Source of the DNA: Polyangiaceae bacterium | Lineage (GTDB): Bacteria > Myxococcota_A > Polyangia > Polyangiales > Polyangiaceae | DNA: 64,000 nt | Assembly: GCA_044376115.1 (NCBI GenBank) | Contig: JBILLK010000003.1 | Coordinates: forward strand, 192,001 to 256,000 | Direction: 5' to 3' | Part shown: positions 37,772 to 47,298 of the stretch, one piece after another | Layout: the number at the start of each line of letters is the position of its first letter | Position numbering within the stretch: position 1 is the stretch's first letter | Position numbers and translations under genes: made by a program | Notes under the pieces: generated by a model | What the model was told of the DNA's origin: nothing | The model's database searches: none | What the model saw: only the letters and a program-made list of their open reading frames with translations

Positions 37772-40162
37772 ATGTCGGCACCTGACCCCTCGACGGCCGC
37801 GACGCTTCTCGCCGAACTGCGCACGGATGGGTTTGAGACCCTTGCGGAGGAAGAAGCGGCCGCGCCCGAGTTCACAACGCTCGGTGAGCGCTACGAGATT
37901 GTCTCGTTGATCGGCAGTGGCGGTATGGGGACCGTCTACAAGGCCAAGGACCATGAGCTTGATGAGCTGGTCGCGCTCAAGATGCTCAAGGGCAAGGTGT
38001 CGACGCTCGAGTCGGTCGAGCGCTTCCGTCGCGAGGTGAAGCTCGCTCGTCGGGTCACTCACAAGAACATCGCGCGCGTATTCGAGTTCGGTGAGTACGC
38101 TGGCCGACGGTTCTTCACGATGGAACTCGTGGAGGGAGAGTCCCTGCGAGCGATGCTCACCCGCAGCGGCGTTCTTCCGCTAAAGACTGCGTTGGGGATC
38201 GCGCTCAGCATTTGTGACGGGCTTGCGGCTGCACACGAAGCCGGTGTCGTTCATCGCGACCTCAAGCCCGACAACGTTTTGATCGGCGCGCAAGGGCGTG
38301 TGGCCATTACCGACTTTGGGATCGCCGCATCCGTTGATGGCAGCTCCGGCTTCGCTACGTCCTCGTTCATCGGGACACCCGACTACATGGCTCCGGAACA
38401 GGTAGACGGTTCGATGCCTCCTGACGGACGCACCGACCTCTACGCGCTCGGCGCCCTACTGTTCGAGCTGCTCGCGGGGCGCCCGCCGTTCTCCGGACCC
38501 ACGGCGCTCGCCATCGCTGCGGCGCGCCTCACGCGGCCCGCACCAAGCCTCGCCGAGCTCGTACCCAGCGCTCCAAAGCAGGTCGTCCAGGCGGTCGATC
38601 GTTGTCTCGCTCGCGATCCCGCGCAGCGGTTCGCGCTGGTCGAAGAGCTGCGCCAGGAGCTGCAGTCTGCGCTTGGCGCCTTATCTCCGACAACGCTCAC
38701 GCCGCTCAGCGGCCTTCACGTGAGCCTGCCTCCTTCGTTTCAAGCGCCTGTGATGAAGATGGCCGTGTTGCCGTTCACGAGCGCCGGACTGGCTGGGCAG
38801 GAGTATCTCGCCTCAGGGCTTACCGAGGATCTGATCGATTCGCTGGCCGCTTCCAGCAGCGTGCGTGTGATTGGGCTTGGAACTACGGCTGCTTTGCCGC
38901 ACGTCAACACCGACCCCCGCAGCATTGGGCGTGAACTCAATGTTGACGTGGTGGTCCATGGATCGTTGCGAGCTACGCCCGACGCGCGCTTGCTAGTAAC
39001 GGTGCGCATGGTTGCTGTCACCGACGGCATCCAGCTTTGGTCGCAACGCTTTGGCATCACTTCATCGGAGATCTTGCAACTCAACGACACCATTGCACGG
39101 GCCCTACTGCAGGCGGTTCCTGGCGGTGCAGTACCGATCGCCACGGAGCTGGAGGACCCGGTTGCCGTCGACCTCTACCTGCAAGCCAAGAGTCGTTTTC
39201 GCGAGTTTTGGTACGAGAGCTCGTCGCAGGCGGAGGCACTTTACGAGCAGGCCTTGCAACGCGCACCGAACTCGCCGCTCCTGATCGCGGGCCACGCCCT
39301 GGTGCTCGCGCGCTGCGCCTTCTTCGAAGCGGAACGGCTGCCAGCTGCTACCAAGGCCGCCGACCGCGCGATGCAACTGGCGCCTGACCGAGGGGAGTCG
39401 CTCGTCGCGGCGGGGACGGTTGCAATTCAAGCCCGCCGCATCACCGACGCCTACCGCTTCGCGCAGGCCGCCATCGTGCGGGCGCCGTCGCTGCTCGAGG
39501 CCCATCTACTGCGCGGTAGAATCCTGGCGGAGACGGGGCCGTTGCTCGATGCCGAGCGGTCCTTGCGCATCGCTTGTGAGCTCGATCCGCGTTCGGTTGC
39601 GCCGCTGCGGGAGTTGGCCCGAGTGCATGCGCTGCTTGGCCGCTGGGATCTCGTCGACCGCGCGCTCGAAGGCGAACGCAGCGGAATGGATGCCGTTTCC
39701 CTGGCGATTACGACGATGCGCTTTGCCTTGTGGAATAAGCAGATGGGTACATTTCTCTCGGTGCGCGAATCGCTCACGAGTCTGCGAGACCCGCTTCGAA
39801 CTTCCGCGCCACGGTTCTCGGATTTTCTCGACGCCTTGATGCTGGCAACGCCCGACGCGGACGGTGTGGTGACGTTGCTCCACAGCATCGAGCTGACGGG
39901 CAGCAGCCCGCGGCGCGCGCTCTTTTTCTTGCAGCTCGCAGCTGAAGCGCAGTCGGTGTTGGGACACATCGAGGTGACGTTGGGGCTGCTCGACCGAGCC
40001 AACGTCTTGGGCTTGACCGATCTGGCGTGGCTCGACTGCTGCCCGGCGCTTGCGAACCTCCGCGGTGATCCGCGCTTTGGCTCGCGTCGCGAGCTGGTCC
40101 ACGAACGCGTGGCTGAGGTGTTGCGGCTGCATGCTGGCAGCCGCAGCGAGCGAGCGAGCTAA
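37772..40162 (+). CDS. Ser/Thr protein kinase with TolB-N-like domain and TPRs
   Basis: IGSGGMGTVY, HRDLKPDN, DFG, GTPDYMAPE; AVLPF...GLTEDLI; TPR-like C-terminus. Confidence 0.9.
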   Translation: MSAPDPSTAATLLAELRTDGFETLAEEEAAAPEFTTLGERYEIVSLIGSGGMGTVYKAKDHELDELVALKMLKGKVSTLESVERFRREVKLARRVTHKNIARVFEFGEYAGRRFFTMELVEGESLRAMLTRSGVLPLKTALGIALSICDGLAAAHEAGVVHRDLKPDNVLIGAQGRVAITDFGIAASVDGSSGFATSSFIGTPDYMAPEQVDGSMPPDGRTDLYALGALLFELLAGRPPFSGPTALAIAAARLTRPAPSLAELVPSAPKQVVQAVDRCLARDPAQRFALVEELRQELQSALGALSPTTLTPLSGLHVSLPPSFQAPVMKMAVLPFTSAGLAGQEYLASGLTEDLIDSLAASSSVRVIGLGTTAALPHVNTDPRSIGRELNVDVVVHGSLRATPDARLLVTVRMVAVTDGIQLWSQRFGITSSEILQLNDTIARALLQAVPGGAVPIATELEDPVAVDLYLQAKSRFREFWYESSSQAEALYEQALQRAPNSPLLIAGHALVLARCAFFEAERLPAATKAADRAMQLAPDRGESLVAAGTVAIQARRITDAYRFAQAAIVRAPSLLEAHLLRGRILAETGPLLDAERSLRIACELDPRSVAPLRELARVHALLGRWDLVDRALEGERSGMDAVSLAITTMRFALWNKQMGTFLSVRESLTSLRDPLRTSAPRFSDFLDALMLATPDADGVVTLLHSIELTGSSPRRALFFLQLAAEAQSVLGHIEVTLGLLDRANVLGLTDLAWLDCCPALANLRGDPRFGSRRELVHERVAEVLRLHAGSRSERAS

Positions 40163-41250
40163 GGCTCCGCGGTTCCGGCCGGCAGCGGAGTGTTGGTCAC
40201 GATCGACTCGATCATCTCCGCGGTGATCGGCGAGAGCAGGATCCCGTTGCGGAAATGGCCGGTCGCGAGCAGCAGCCCCTCGACCGAACTCTTACCGATG
40301 CGAGGACGGCCGTCTTTGGTGAAGGGCCGGAAGGCAGCCCAGCTCCGGGTAAGCTCCAACTCCCGCAGTTTTGGTACCAACGCCAACGCTGCAGCGAGCA
40401 AATCGTGGACGGCGCCTGCAGTGACCAAGCGCTCGAAGCCAACGAACTCCGTGGTTGAGCCGAGCAGCAGCCTGCCGTCGTCTCGCGGGCTGAGGTAGAC
40501 GCCGGGTCCCCAAACGCAGCGCTTGATCAGCGGTCGTGGGCCTAGCAGTTCAACGATTTGTCCGCGCGCAGGCCGTACGTCCTCTGGACCGAGTGGGACG
40601 CCGGGAATCAAGTTGGACCAGGGGCCAGCCGCGATCACGATGTTGCCTCCGGAGAGCTTCCGTCCACCCTCCAGCTCGATGGCCTCGGCTCGGTCTTCGT
40701 GGACCACTAGCCGACGCACCACCGAGCCGGTCAGAAACTGGGCCCCATGGTGCTCTGCCGCGATGCGGAGAGCGCGCAGCAACTTCGGCGGATCGACGCG
40801 CGCGTCCTGCTCGAAGCGGATGGCCGAGATCGCCTGCTCCGAAATCGCAGGCTCGAGCGCACGAAGTTCGCTTGCTGAGACCGGCTCGGCGCTTAGGCCG
40901 CGGGCGGACTGCGTTGCGGCGTGGTTCTTTGCGGTCTCGGCCTGTTCCTCGGTGAACGCGACGTTGAGGATGCCACAGCGTCGGTACTCGACGTCGATCC
41001 CGGTATCTGCACGAAGATCCTCCGACCATTGAGCGAAGCGGTCTCGGCTCGCGATCGCGAGGCTCAGCGAGCTACCGGCCTCGTGGGACTCCATCTGCGC
41101 CGCCAACATCCCTGCCGCAGCGCTCGAGGCTTCAGACCCGGGAACGCTGCGTTCGAGAACGACGACGGAGAGCCCGCGACGTGCGAGGCGATAGGCGATT
41201 GCGCAGCCAACGACCCCGGCCCCGACAACGAGAACATCGGGCTTTGACAC
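40159..41250 (-). CDS. thiO: Glycine oxidase
   Basis: VVGAGVVG, ASSAAAGML, PARGQI, ATGHFRNGILLSP. Confidence 0.88.
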   Translation of the reverse strand: MSKPDVLVVGAGVVGCAIAYRLARRGLSVVVLERSVPGSEASSAAAGMLAAQMESHEAGSSLSLAIASRDRFAQWSEDLRADTGIDVEYRRCGILNVAFTEEQAETAKNHAATQSARGLSAEPVSASELRALEPAISEQAISAIRFEQDARVDPPKLLRALRIAAEHHGAQFLTGSVVRRLVVHEDRAEAIELEGGRKLSGGNIVIAAGPWSNLIPGVPLGPEDVRPARGQIVELLGPRPLIKRCVWGPGVYLSPRDDGRLLLGSTTEFVGFERLVTAGAVHDLLAAALALVPKLRELELTRSWAAFRPFTKDGRPRIGKSSVEGLLLATGHFRNGILLSPITAEMIESIVTNTPLPAGTAEP

Positions 41251-41257
41251 GACGAAC

Positions 41258-42925
41258 CTAGCGACGACCCTTTTTGCGAGCGTCGCGTTCGCGCTTGCGT
41301 GCGGACTTCTTGGCGTTCTTCTCCGCCTGCGAGAGCGACTTCATCTTGGTGAGGGACTCTTGCGAGCCGCCCATACCCCCCATGCCGGGGAAGCCGCCCA
41401 TCCCGGGCATACCGGGGAAGCCGCCGGGCATGCCGGGGAAGCCGCCGGGCATACCGGGGAAGCCGCCGGGCATACCGGGGAAGCCGCCGGGCATACCGGG
41501 GAAGCCGCCGGGCATCCCGCCGCCCTGCATCATCTTCTTGGCCCCGCGGGCCATGGCAATTTGCTTCAGCCCCGGGATTTTACCCATCATGCCCATGTTC
41601 TGACCGAGCGAGCTCATCATCTGGCGCATGAACACGAACTTCTGAACCAGCTCATTCACTTGCTCAGGCTTGGTGCCCGAACCTTTGGCAATGCGCTCGG
41701 CTCGCGAGGGTTCACGCACCAAAGCGTAAGGGTCGCGTTTCTCGAAGCGGGTCATCGATTGAATGATCGCCTCGATGCGCACGAGCTCGCGGTCGTCCAG
41801 GTTCACGTTGTCGGGGATGCCGCCGGGCAGCAGTCCGCCGAGCGGTAGCTTGTCCACCAGGTCTTTGAGCGACCCCATCTTTTGGATCATGCGAACGTGC
41901 TCGAGGAAGTCCTCCAGGGTGAAGTCCCCGGTGAGCATGCGCTGCGCGTCTGCTTCGGCCTTCTTCTGATCGACGACCTCCTCGAAGTTTTGCATCAGGC
42001 CGACGACGTCGCCCATCCCGAGGATCCGGCTGGCCATACCCTCCGCCCGAAACTCCTCGAGCTTGTCGGTGGTCTCGCCCATGCCGGTGAAGAGGATGGG
42101 GGCCTGGGTGACCTCCTTCACGGAGAGCGCAGCACCGCCACGCGCATCACCGTCGAGCTTTGTCAGCACGACACCGCTGATCACCAGCTTCTCATGGAAG
42201 GAGCGAGCGGTCTTGACTGCGTCTTGCCCGACCATCGCGTCGACCACCAAGTAGATGTTCTCAGGGGTGGTCTTGCTCTTGATGTCGGACAGCTCTTGCA
42301 TCAACGCTTCATCGATCGCGAGGCGACCGGCGGTGTCGTAGATGATGGTGTCACGACCCAGCTTCTTCGCCTCGGCGGGTGCAGCAGCACAGATCTCGAC
42401 GGGGGATTTGCCCTCGAGGTTGAAGACCGGAATGTTGATGCTCTTGCCCAGCACCTTTAGCTGCTCGACAGCGGCAGGCCGCTGCATGTCGGCCGCGACG
42501 AGCATCGGCTTGCGGCCCTGCTTCTCGAGGTAGCGGGCGAGCTTGGCCGACGAGGTGGTTTTGCCGGAGCCCTGCAGACCAACCATCATGATGCCGGTGA
42601 TGCCCGTGCCAGCGAATTGCACGGCAGGACCTTCGTGCTGCATCAGCGACACGAGTTCGTCGTTGCAGATCTTGATGAAGATGTCGCTGGCGCCAACGGT
42701 GTGCGCCTGACCCTCATGCTTGATTCGATTCTGGTGGGTCTGGCCGATGGCCTTCTCTTTCACCCGGGCGAGGAACGCCTTTACGACGCCAATCTCAACG
42801 TCAGCTTCGAGCAGACTGAGCCGCACTTCGCGCAGCGCGCTGTCGATGTTCTGCTCAGTGAGCTCGGTAAGACCGGCAAGACGATTCCGAGCCTGGCGAA
42901 AACCACGAGAGAGTGTGTCGAACAT
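41258..42925 (-). CDS. ffh: Signal recognition particle protein
   Basis: [38 protein letters not shown] domain. Confidence 0.96.
   Translation of the reverse strand: MFDTLSRGFRQARNRLAGLTELTEQNIDSALREVRLSLLEADVEIGVVKAFLARVKEKAIGQTHQNRIKHEGQAHTVGASDIFIKICNDELVSLMQHEGPAVQFAGTGITGIMMVGLQGSGKTTSSAKLARYLEKQGRKPMLVAADMQRPAAVEQLKVLGKSINIPVFNLEGKSPVEICAAAPAEAKKLGRDTIIYDTAGRLAIDEALMQELSDIKSKTTPENIYLVVDAMVGQDAVKTARSFHEKLVISGVVLTKLDGDARGGAALSVKEVTQAPILFTGMGETTDKLEEFRAEGMASRILGMGDVVGLMQNFEEVVDQKKAEADAQRMLTGDFTLEDFLEHVRMIQKMGSLKDLVDKLPLGGLLPGGIPDNVNLDDRELVRIEAIIQSMTRFEKRDPYALVREPSRAERIAKGSGTKPEQVNELVQKFVFMRQMMSSLGQNMGMMGKIPGLKQIAMARGAKKMMQGGGMPGGFPGMPGGFPGMPGGFPGMPGGFPGMPGGFPGMPGMGGFPGMGGMGGSQESLTKMKSLSQAEKNAKKSARKRERDARKKGRR
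41405..41515. repeat. 21-bp tandem repeat, five copies, encoding (GGFPGMP)n in the Ffh C-terminus
   Basis: GGGCATACCGGGGAAGCCGCC at 41405, 41426 (one mismatch), 41447, 41468, 41489. Confidence 0.9.
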
Positions 42926-43006
42926 GGCCAGCCTTCTTTATCACGTTGGCCGCCAAGATCGCCTTGCTGGATGGGCAAAAACGAAAGTCTCCAGTTCGAC
43001 GCGGGC

Positions 43007-43414
43007 TCAGCCCCCAGTAAGGTCGGCCAAAGCCCTGTTGCAGGCTTCTAGCGTGACGGTCGCCGACTCACGGAGTTCTTCGGAGCTCCGCAAGAGCCGC
43101 ACGGATTCCGCCGGATTTTCGGCCAATTTTCCGCCCTGTGACAGCGACTCGAGTTCGCCGAGGTTGGCAAATAGCTCAGTGCTTACGCGGTAGGCTGCAA
43201 CACATGCGTCCCTCGCCTGGCGCGCCGAGGGCTCCTTGAGTTCGAGCTCGGCCAGCTTCTCGGTCGCCGCACGACGTGCTGCGACTTCATTGGTCGGCAG
43301 TGCGCGAAGCTTCAGCACCTCGCTCTCGACGCGCTGCGCGTCGGTGGGCCCAGTCGTACATTGCGGTGTGACGGCCGCGAGCAGCAGCAGGCACCAGCCG
43401 GGAGATCGGCTCAA
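43007..43414 (-). CDS. Hypothetical exported or lipoprotein, helical
   Basis: TTG start overlapping the upstream TGA; hydrophobic WCLLLLAAVTPQC; 3' part of ORF 43007..43903. Confidence 0.55.
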   Translation of the reverse strand: MSRSPGWCLLLLAAVTPQCTTGPTDAQRVESEVLKLRALPTNEVAARRAATEKLAELELKEPSARQARDACVAAYRVSTELFANLGELESLSQGGKLAENPAESVRLLRSSEELRESATVTLEACNRALADLTGG

Positions 43415-43941
43415 TCGACGGTCTTGGGGGCCGGACCCATCTGAATGCGCTCCCCCAAGTAGGAGCCGATCAGCGTGAACAACACGCCGATGCCAGCCAT
43501 GATCACGTACATGAACGAGGGGAGGATGCGCACGGTCTGCGAGAAAAACAGGAACAAGACCGTCGGAATCGCTACGAAGATCACCGCGATCACCGGCTCG
43601 AGGAAGGTTCGACCTGGTGAGATCATTCCAACTAAAAGTCCGCCGACGAACCACACCGGGATGGTCACCCACATACCGTTGGAGCCCTCGAAGTCGAGGG
43701 CCGTCACGGCCATCGGAAGACCGACGACCAAGGCCGCCGTCAGCACTCCGAGCACGACGAACGAAATCAGGAACCACAAGAAGTTGAAGCCAGCCTGCTG
43801 CCGGCCTTTGAGTTCGGCGCGGGACTTCGGGCCGGCGCCAGACTCCATGGTTGCACCGCACGAAACACATCGAGAAGCGCTCGAGGCGTTCTTGTAGCCG
43901 CACGCAGAACAGAGGGTGGTCTTGGCCGGGGCGTTCGCCAT
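43411..43941 (-). CDS. Zinc-ribbon domain membrane protein
   Basis: CSACG...CVSCG followed by about four TM helices. Confidence 0.8.
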   Translation of the reverse strand: MANAPAKTTLCSACGYKNASSASRCVSCGATMESGAGPKSRAELKGRQQAGFNFLWFLISFVVLGVLTAALVVGLPMAVTALDFEGSNGMWVTIPVWFVGGLLVGMISPGRTFLEPVIAVIFVAIPTVLFLFFSQTVRILPSFMYVIMAGIGVLFTLIGSYLGERIQMGPAPKTVD

Positions 43942-44096
43942 GGGCCGAAGGCTAGTGACCGCCGGACGAGCCGGCAAGCTCTTGCATGTCGATGGGTGTC
44001 GCGGGGCCCCTGTACAGGTGTGACGCCCGACCGGTACGGTCGGATCGTGGCACATTCGTTAGGTCGAGCGCCCCGGTGCCGCTATTATTCGGAGCA

Positions 44097-44774
44097 GTGT
44101 CATCTCATCCGTCAGAGGCTTTGCCTCCGGTCCGGCCCTTCGAGGCTGATCCGGAGCTCCTCGCGCTACCAGCACCCCCAAAAAAGGAACGCGCGCTCAC
44201 TGTCGTTCTGATGGTGTTGACGGCTTGTGCGGCCGCTCTCGTGGCCTGGTCTCTTCGCGGCGAGGCCGCGTATGCCTTCAGTTCGGGAGAGCCCGCTGAG
44301 GTCGGTGATTTGGCTGCCTTCCGGCCCGGCGATCAGCTGCGGAATCGCTACGTAAGTGGCGTTGGGAATCTTGGTGCCAGCGGCGCCATCCGCTACGGCC
44401 GCGCCGCAGAAGGTGACTCCTTTCGACTTGCTCCAGTCGCCGGAAATGACCGCCTATGGATTGAGATTCGTGTGCCCGAGGGTTTTGAGGGACCGCGATT
44501 CATCCCGCCGAGCTCGTTCGCAGGTCGACTGGTTCCGCTCAACAAGTCAGGCCTAAGGCACGCAAGCCTGGGTCAGGGCGTTGAGCGAACTGGCGTTTCC
44601 ATCCCCGAGGACGCTTGGATCTTGGTCGACGGCAGTTCGCCGCGCGCTTCGCGCTGGGCGGCGGGACTGTGCGCCCTGTTCATTGGATTTTCGCTTTGGA
44701 ACCTGGTGTCAGTCGTGAGGCTTCTTGGTCGTGTGAAGGACGGAGAGCCAGCTGATCAGGGAGACGCGTCTTGA
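44097..44774 (+). CDS. Hypothetical membrane protein (two TM segments flanking a soluble domain); start uncertain
   Basis: DPELLALPAPP, hydrophobic segments near both ends; stop overlaps the next start. Confidence 0.7.
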   Translation: MSSHPSEALPPVRPFEADPELLALPAPPKKERALTVVLMVLTACAAALVAWSLRGEAAYAFSSGEPAEVGDLAAFRPGDQLRNRYVSGVGNLGASGAIRYGRAAEGDSFRLAPVAGNDRLWIEIRVPEGFEGPRFIPPSSFAGRLVPLNKSGLRHASLGQGVERTGVSIPEDAWILVDGSSPRASRWAAGLCALFIGFSLWNLVSVVRLLGRVKDGEPADQGDAS

Positions 44775-46726
44775 ACAGTTCACCTGCTGCACAGGTAGAA
44801 AAGGTTCTCGAGGACCTGATTGTTCGTTTGACCAAGAGCCCCAGCACCGCGGACGTTCGAGCTGTCTTGATCGAGGCGAAGCGTCTGCGCAACGTAACCA
44901 TGCGTTGGTCGGCGATTCCGCCTCAGCCAGATGCGCGGCGCGAAATGATGGCGCGCGTGATGGATCTGATCGCCCAGATCGGCCTCAACGCGAAGGACCT
45001 GCGAAACACCGAGCCTCCGCCGCTCAATCCACCTTCGCGTCCACCCAAGCGGCCGCCGACCGCTCCGCCGCCGCGCCCGTTATCGCGAGCGGATGTGGCG
45101 CCAACGGTTGAGCCCAAAGTCCCGTCGCCGCGACCGGACCAAGCGCCGAGTTTTCGAAAGTTCGAGGAGCTCGGTCAAACGCGGCCTAGGGCGCTGCGAG
45201 TGCAAGAGTCAGCGGCTCCAAAGACCAGCGGCGTGCCTCACTCGCTGCCGATTTCCCAGAAGCCCACGGTTCCCCCGACCCCAGGTCTCACCGTCCCCGC
45301 AGTGCTCGATCGCCCTCGGGGCGCGGAGGCCATCGCCTCCAAACCGGTGGCGCGCTCGCTAAGTCCGATCCCAGGGCGTTCGCCAAATGTTGACCCGCGC
45401 CCATCCAGTGCCGAGCAACGCTCGATCAGCCCATTGCCCAGCCCGCCACCAATGCGAGCTCAGGTTTCTCCGCCGCCCAAGCCTGGCGGTTCTGGCTTTG
45501 GCCAGCGCGCGCTTTCGCCAATGCCGTTCAAGCGCTCCTCCACCTCCAGTCCGGTTTGGAGGGTAAACCCCACCTCTTCGGAGCCTGTTGCTCGGCCGAA
45601 GTCCGGGCAACACGAGGCCGTCAAGCCACCCTCTGAGCCAACGCCTTCGCACGAAGACGATTTCGCCAAACGCCCAACCGCGACGCTGCAATTCGGGCGG
45701 AACATGTTGAGCGAGGCTCGCACGCCGCAGAGTCCCGGCCTTGAGTCGGAGCCACCGCCTACCAAAGACAACTCGACGTTTCCTCCGCGAAAGCAGGCGC
45801 TTCCGTCAACGCCGCGCGCGCCCCTGTCGACTGCGCCGCCGCCGCTGCGGAACCGTTCTCCGCATCGCGCTGCGACCATCGCCGGCATCCCCGAAGCGAA
45901 CGAGGCGATGATCGCTGCGGCCCTGCGAGGTCGACCGTCGTCGCAACCCGAGCCGTTCGATGAGGTAGCAAAGCGGTCGTCACTGCCGACGTTGACTCCG
46001 CCGCCCATTCCAGCTGCCAGCCTACTGCCTCCGTCGGCGCCTCCGGCTCTTCGTCGGCCCGCGAAGGAGACGCTCCAAATGGGCGCGTTGACTGCAGTGG
46101 AGGCCCTCGAGGCGGTTGGGATTACGCGCTCGCGTTCGCTCCCGCGCGACTTGACGGCCGACGATCACGAGCCTCCTCCGAGCACCAAGCCATCCAACCC
46201 TCCCGAAAGCGACGGTTCAGCGATCGGTATCTTGGCTGCGGCGTCTCCCTCCGGCGATCGCATCGACGGTCTCAGCACCAAAATTTCGCGGACGGATCTA
46301 TCTCCAATCAAGCGGGCCTCGCGGCGTCCACCACCTTCTCGACGAGAGGGGCAGCCCTCGGAGCATGCCCAGCGGCTGCACGTTGCGCCCGGCATCGCCA
46401 TCGTGAAGCCGAGTACGGCGACCTGGCAGCCGCACCCGAAGTTGGCCGGTGTAACGCAGAAGATCGTTCACCGAGACCCGCGGTCGGGTCTCTTCACAGC
46501 GCTATTCAAGCTTGCTCCTGGCGCGCAAGTCCCGCGTCTTCGGCATGCCATGACCGAGGAGGCGTACGTGGTTTCGGGCGTGGCCTCGTTCGATGGTCAG
46601 GACCTCGAGGCCGGCGACTACCTGCGAGCCGAGGCCGAAACCATCCAGCCGACGCTGACGACGAAGCACGGTTGCACGCTTTTCCTCATCGGCTCCGAGC
46701 ACGACGAAGTGCTCGATGAAGGCTGA
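44771..46726 (+). CDS. Pro-rich protein with C-terminal ChrR-like cupin domain
   Basis: Short helical N-terminus, long Pro/Ser-rich region, LFKLAPGAQVPRLRHAMTEEAYVVSG...AGDYL. Confidence 0.75.
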   Translation: MNSSPAAQVEKVLEDLIVRLTKSPSTADVRAVLIEAKRLRNVTMRWSAIPPQPDARREMMARVMDLIAQIGLNAKDLRNTEPPPLNPPSRPPKRPPTAPPPRPLSRADVAPTVEPKVPSPRPDQAPSFRKFEELGQTRPRALRVQESAAPKTSGVPHSLPISQKPTVPPTPGLTVPAVLDRPRGAEAIASKPVARSLSPIPGRSPNVDPRPSSAEQRSISPLPSPPPMRAQVSPPPKPGGSGFGQRALSPMPFKRSSTSSPVWRVNPTSSEPVARPKSGQHEAVKPPSEPTPSHEDDFAKRPTATLQFGRNMLSEARTPQSPGLESEPPPTKDNSTFPPRKQALPSTPRAPLSTAPPPLRNRSPHRAATIAGIPEANEAMIAAALRGRPSSQPEPFDEVAKRSSLPTLTPPPIPAASLLPPSAPPALRRPAKETLQMGALTAVEALEAVGITRSRSLPRDLTADDHEPPPSTKPSNPPESDGSAIGILAAASPSGDRIDGLSTKISRTDLSPIKRASRRPPPSRREGQPSEHAQRLHVAPGIAIVKPSTATWQPHPKLAGVTQKIVHRDPRSGLFTALFKLAPGAQVPRLRHAMTEEAYVVSGVASFDGQDLEAGDYLRAEAETIQPTLTTKHGCTLFLIGSEHDEVLDEG

Positions 46727-46773
46727 GCCACGTCGCGCTCGTTGAGTCTTGGCGGATCTGCGAGACTCTCGCG

Positions 46774-47271
46774 ATGGAGTTCATCCTCGTTGGTCTCTTC
46801 GTCGGCGCGCTGAGCGGTAGCTTGGGCATCGGTGGGGCGGTCGTGTTGATTCCCATCCTTACCTTGGCGTTTGGTTTTTCGCAGACGCGCGCGCAAGGAA
46901 CGAGCATCGGTGCGCTGCTTCCGCCAGTTGGTCTTTTCGCGGCCCTTGCCTATTACCGCCAGGGCCTGCTCGATGTGCGTGCCTCTGGGTTGATCGCGCT
47001 AGGCTTTGTGTTCGGTGCTTTGGGCGGCGCCTCGTTGGTTCAATACCTGCCGCAGATCTGGCTCAAGCGAGCCTTTGCCACGCTGCTCATCTACGTTGCG
47101 ACCCAGCTGATTTTTGCAGGTGATCGAAAAATGGGTGCAGTGCTGCCGGGGGTTGTCGCTTCGGTAGGCATATGGGCGGTGTTTCTGCTGAGGCGCGCCT
47201 TGGGAAAGAAGGCGCCTCCACCCAAGCCGCCAGAACCGCCGCCCAGCGATGACATCGACTATGTGATTTGA
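46774..47271 (+). CDS. TauE/SafE (TSUP) family transporter, half-size
   Basis: GALSGSLGIGG...AQGTS...LLPP. Confidence 0.85.
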   Translation: MEFILVGLFVGALSGSLGIGGAVVLIPILTLAFGFSQTRAQGTSIGALLPPVGLFAALAYYRQGLLDVRASGLIALGFVFGALGGASLVQYLPQIWLKRAFATLLIYVATQLIFAGDRKMGAVLPGVVASVGIWAVFLLRRALGKKAPPPKPPEPPPSDDIDYVI

Positions 47272-47298
47272 GGCCCGTCCTCTAGTCTCCGAAACTGG

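Noticed and set aside
41405..41515. CRISPR-like repeat array
   Set aside because: Contiguous in-frame coding repeats with no spacers and no cas genes.
42926..43006. SRP RNA (ffs) beside ffh
   Set aside because: No recognisable SRP domain IV motif in the 81-nt spacer.
44048..44063. sigma54 promoter TGGCAC...
   Set aside because: The -12 position reads AG rather than GC.
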